DNA of 10,606 nt from Aquificaceae bacterium (lineage in GTDB: Bacteria > Aquificota > Aquificia > Aquificales > Aquificaceae). A program made the position numbers and the translations under genes. Positions within the stretch are counted from its first letter, which is position 1. The number at the start of each line of letters is the position of its first letter. The stretch is from positions 1-10,606 of the forward strand of contig JBEPZX010000027.1 of assembly GCA_041640635.1 (NCBI GenBank). The letters run 5' to 3'. A model generated the notes under the pieces. That model saw only the letters and a list, made by a program, of their open reading frames with translations. It was not told where the DNA came from and did not search any database. Positions 7,671-10,606 of the stretch are shown piece after piece.

Positions 7671-8699
7671 ATGGAAAGAAATATCATATTTAATCCCTCT
7701 GGTGATAGAGAAGCAAGCAAAAGGAAACTAACCTTTGGAAATCCAACAAACATAATGGAACTAAACAACCTAAAGTACCAATGGGCTTACGACCTATACA
7801 GAACGATGGGATTTACCAATTTCTGGATACCTGAAGAAATACCTATGCAGGAGGATAAAAAGCAATACGAGAAGGATCTATCTCCACATGAGCGCCGTGC
7901 TTATGAATTGGTTCTATCTTTTTTGATAGTACTTGATAGTTACCAAGTTAATATGCTAAAAGAATTTGCCAGGTATCTAACAGCACCAGAGCTTGTAATG
8001 GCTATAACATCACAAGAATTCCAAGAAGCGCTACATTCTTACTCCTACCAATTCATCTTAGAAAGCGTAGTAGACCCTACAAAAGCGGACCAGATATACA
8101 ACTTTTGGAGAGAAGATAATGTACTAATGGAAAGAAATAAAGTCATAGCCGAGCTTTACAACGAGTTCATAAGGAAACCTAATGAGGAAAATTTTATTAA
8201 AGCGGTTTTTGGTAACTATGTACTGGAAAGTCTATACTTTTACTCTGGCTTTGCCTTTTTCTATACTCTAGGAAGGCAAGGAAAAATGTTAAATACAGTG
8301 CAACAAATAAGGTATATAAACAGAGATGAACTTACTCACGTAAGCTTGTTTAGAAACATAATAAACACTTTAAGGGATGAACAGCCAGAACTCTTTACTC
8401 CGGAAATAAACAAATGGGTTTACGAATTTTTCAAGTTTGCCACATCCAAAGAGATAGAATGGGGCAAATACGTTACCCAAAACCAGATCCTTGGTATAAA
8501 TGACATTCTCATAGATAGGTATATAAGGTATCTTTGTAATCTCAGGCTATCTCAGATAGGCTACGATGTTTTGTATCCTGAAGTTTCAGACAACCCTATG
8601 AAGTGGATCGATCAATTTAGATCTATAAACAATACAAAGACAGACTTCTTCCAAGCTAAACCACAAACATACGCAAAAAGGAGTGAGCTTAAGTGGTAA
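7671..8699 (+). CDS. nrdB: class I ribonucleotide reductase beta subunit (Ia-like, tyrosyl radical type)
   Basis: FWIPEE motif; ligands LDSYQ (Asp), EALHSYSY (E, H and radical Tyr), LESLYFYSGF and RDELTH. SD AGGAGGT at 7659-7665. Confidence 0.96.
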   Translation: MERNIIFNPSGDREASKRKLTFGNPTNIMELNNLKYQWAYDLYRTMGFTNFWIPEEIPMQEDKKQYEKDLSPHERRAYELVLSFLIVLDSYQVNMLKEFARYLTAPELVMAITSQEFQEALHSYSYQFILESVVDPTKADQIYNFWREDNVLMERNKVIAELYNEFIRKPNEENFIKAVFGNYVLESLYFYSGFAFFYTLGRQGKMLNTVQQIRYINRDELTHVSLFRNIINTLRDEQPELFTPEINKWVYEFFKFATSKEIEWGKYVTQNQILGINDILIDRYIRYLCNLRLSQIGYDVLYPEVSDNPMKWIDQFRSINNTKTDFFQAKPQTYAKRSELKW

Positions 8700-9655
8700 A
8701 GGTAGGTATAACCATAGGAGATCCAGCTGGCATAGGACCTGAGATAATAGTTAAGCTATTTAAGCACTTGGATAGAAACAAAGCTTACGTAATATATGGG
8801 GAAAAGAAAATAATAAACAGGTCGGCGTATGAACTAGGTATACAAATAGACTACACTGATATATTTGACATTTCAGAGGTCAACAAACCTGGGGTTTACA
8901 TAGCAGACCTGAATATATCTGAAACAGACAGACCCCTTCCATCCTTTAGTTCCGGAAAAGTTGCGGTTGCTTATTTAGCTAGAGCTACAGTAGATGCCAT
9001 TTTAGGCAATATTTCTGGTCTTGTAACTATGCCAATTAGCAAATTTTGGGCAAGATCGGCAGGATTTTCTTATGAGGGGCAGACAGAATACTTAGCACAT
9101 GCTAGTCAATCCAGAGAGTATGCTATGATGATGTATTCTCCTAAGGTTAAAGTTGCTCTCGTGTCTACACATGTGCCATTAGTTGAAGCAATAAAAATGT
9201 TAAATACAGAAGCGATAATTAAAAAAGTTGAGTTGATAGTAAGGGAGTACAAAAAGCTATTTAAAGAAGAACCTTCTGTTGGTGTTTTGGGTTTAAACCC
9301 GCACGCAGGAGAGTTTGGAGAAATAGGGAGAGAAGATGTAGAAATAATTCTCCCAGCGGTGAACCTTCTGAAAGATAGGGGCTACAAGGTTGATGGTCCA
9401 CTTTCACCAGATGCGGCTTTTCTTAAATTAAACTATGATATATTCTTGTGTATGTATCACGACCAAGGACTGATACCCTTTAAGTTGTTATCCTTCAAAG
9501 ATGGAGTAAACTTAACACTTGGTCTACCTTTTCCAAGAACATCGCCAGCTCATGGCACTGCTTACGATATAGCGTGGAAAGGTATAGCTGATGAATCTCC
9601 ATCCTTACAAGCTCTAAAGCTTTGTGAAGATATATGTGAGAGGTTAAATAGGTGA
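8693..9655 (+). CDS. pdxA: 4-hydroxythreonine-4-phosphate dehydrogenase
   Basis: GDPAGIGPE, STHVPL, GLNPHAGE, MYHDQG and RTSPAHGTAYDIA motifs. GTG start overlaps the nrdB end by 7 nt; SD AGGAG at 8679-8683. Confidence 0.95.
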   Translation: MVKVGITIGDPAGIGPEIIVKLFKHLDRNKAYVIYGEKKIINRSAYELGIQIDYTDIFDISEVNKPGVYIADLNISETDRPLPSFSSGKVAVAYLARATVDAILGNISGLVTMPISKFWARSAGFSYEGQTEYLAHASQSREYAMMMYSPKVKVALVSTHVPLVEAIKMLNTEAIIKKVELIVREYKKLFKEEPSVGVLGLNPHAGEFGEIGREDVEIILPAVNLLKDRGYKVDGPLSPDAAFLKLNYDIFLCMYHDQGLIPFKLLSFKDGVNLTLGLPFPRTSPAHGTAYDIAWKGIADESPSLQALKLCEDICERLNR

Positions 9656-9873
9656 AGTTTATCGCTTTATTTATATTTTTCTTTTTGGTAGCCGGGTTTC
9701 TTGGTACCTTGATATTTTTGAACATGCAGCCTGTAAAACTTATACTTACACCAGTTATAAATGGAATCTATTATCATCTTCCAACTATGCCTCTAGGGTT
9801 ACTAGTAGTTTTTAGTATTGTATTAGGATTTCTTTTAGGATATATTTTTAATCTGATACAAAAATTTAAATAG
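9652..9873 (+). CDS. small two-helix membrane protein, LapA/DUF1049-like
   Basis: TM helix, N.QPV.L loop, then PLGLLVVFSIVLGFLLG TM helix, which is the LapA-like pattern. GTGA overlap with the pdxA stop. Confidence 0.65.
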   Translation: MKFIALFIFFFLVAGFLGTLIFLNMQPVKLILTPVINGIYYHLPTMPLGLLVVFSIVLGFLLGYIFNLIQKFK

Positions 9874-9882
9874 GGAATAGAT

Positions 9883-10605
9883 ATGGCTATAGATTACCAG
9901 AGTATTTATATACTCTCAAGTGGAATGCTTCTTCAACAGAGATCTCTAGATAATATTACCAATAACCTTGCTAATGTTAATACAAATGGATTTAAAAGAG
10001 ACCTACTCTTAGCTTCTTCATGGATCACACCTTACAACCAAGGTAGAACGGAGAATCCAGAGGATCCAGCTAACAACTTTATCTACCCTATAGTAGAAAG
10101 AGTTTACACCGATCTTTCGCAAGGACCCATAAAACAAACGGGAAATCCCCTAGATATTGCAATAGAAGGCGAAGGATTTTTTAGTGTTACCGATGGCACA
10201 AATACCTTTTACACCAGAGATGGAAACTTCCGCATAGACAGTGAAGGTTATTTGGTAAATGCCGCAGGTATGAGAGTTCTAACAGAAGATAATCAACCAA
10301 TTAGAGTAAATGGTGAACTGAAAGTTTCTCCAGATGGTACCCTATTTGTTGATGGTGAGCAAATAGGAAAGTTAGGTGTATTCAATTTAAATAACCCTGA
10401 AAAACTCGGAAATAATCTCTTTAGCGGGATACCCGTAGAAGCTCGAAGCTATCGTACTTTACAAGGTGCATTAGAGAGTTCAAACGTTAATGCAATAATT
10501 GAGATGGTTAAGCTTATACAAGCCCACAGAGCTCACGAAGTTTACTCAAATCTTGTAAGAACATTGGATGATATACAGGGAAAGGCAAACAATATAGGGA
10601 GATAA
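9883..10605 (+). CDS. flgF: flagellar basal-body rod protein, FlgF/FlgG family (more FlgF-like)
   Basis: NNLANVNTNGFK, TGNPLDIAIEGEGFF, YTRDGNF and LESSNVN...EMV.LI motifs. The 240-aa length and lack of the FlgG QRAYE.NSK tail favour FlgF. The family is confident; the exact member is less so. Confidence 0.75.
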   Translation: MAIDYQSIYILSSGMLLQQRSLDNITNNLANVNTNGFKRDLLLASSWITPYNQGRTENPEDPANNFIYPIVERVYTDLSQGPIKQTGNPLDIAIEGEGFFSVTDGTNTFYTRDGNFRIDSEGYLVNAAGMRVLTEDNQPIRVNGELKVSPDGTLFVDGEQIGKLGVFNLNNPEKLGNNLFSGIPVEARSYRTLQGALESSNVNAIIEMVKLIQAHRAHEVYSNLVRTLDDIQGKANNIGR

Positions 10606-10606
10606 G

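Noticed and set aside
5165..9725. ORFs 5165-5536 (-), 6577-6780 (+), 7305-7505 (-) and 9495-9725 (-)
   Set aside because: They overlap nrdA, pdxA or the lapA-like gene antisense or out of frame and show no family signal.
1..10606. CRISPR array, tRNA/rRNA, riboswitch, inteins in dnaB or nrdA, in-frame Sec UGA
   Set aside because: There are no regularly spaced repeats and no GC-rich structured intergenic segment. The proteins are normal length and uninterrupted.

Overview
A low-GC chromosomal housekeeping region from a bacterium whose SelA, Hfq, YebC, DnaB and NrdAB proteins resemble Aquificaceae orthologues (from my recall, not a database search). It contains the 3' end of selA (+), convergent hfq (-) with a clean sigma70-type promoter, and a tightly packed minus-strand run yebC-ridA-dnaB-topA. 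A 593-bp AT-rich divergent intergenic region follows, then a plus-strand run nrdA-nrdB-pdxA-lapA-like-flgF-like. I see no mobile element, CRISPR array, RNA gene or new multi-gene system. The most unusual signal is non-coding: three copies of a 15-16 bp motif (GACTTTASGWATATA) in the divergent region, each running into a -10-like hexamer. One copy points at the dnaB/topA operon and two point at nrdAB, so it is a candidate shared promoter or operator element for replication genes.
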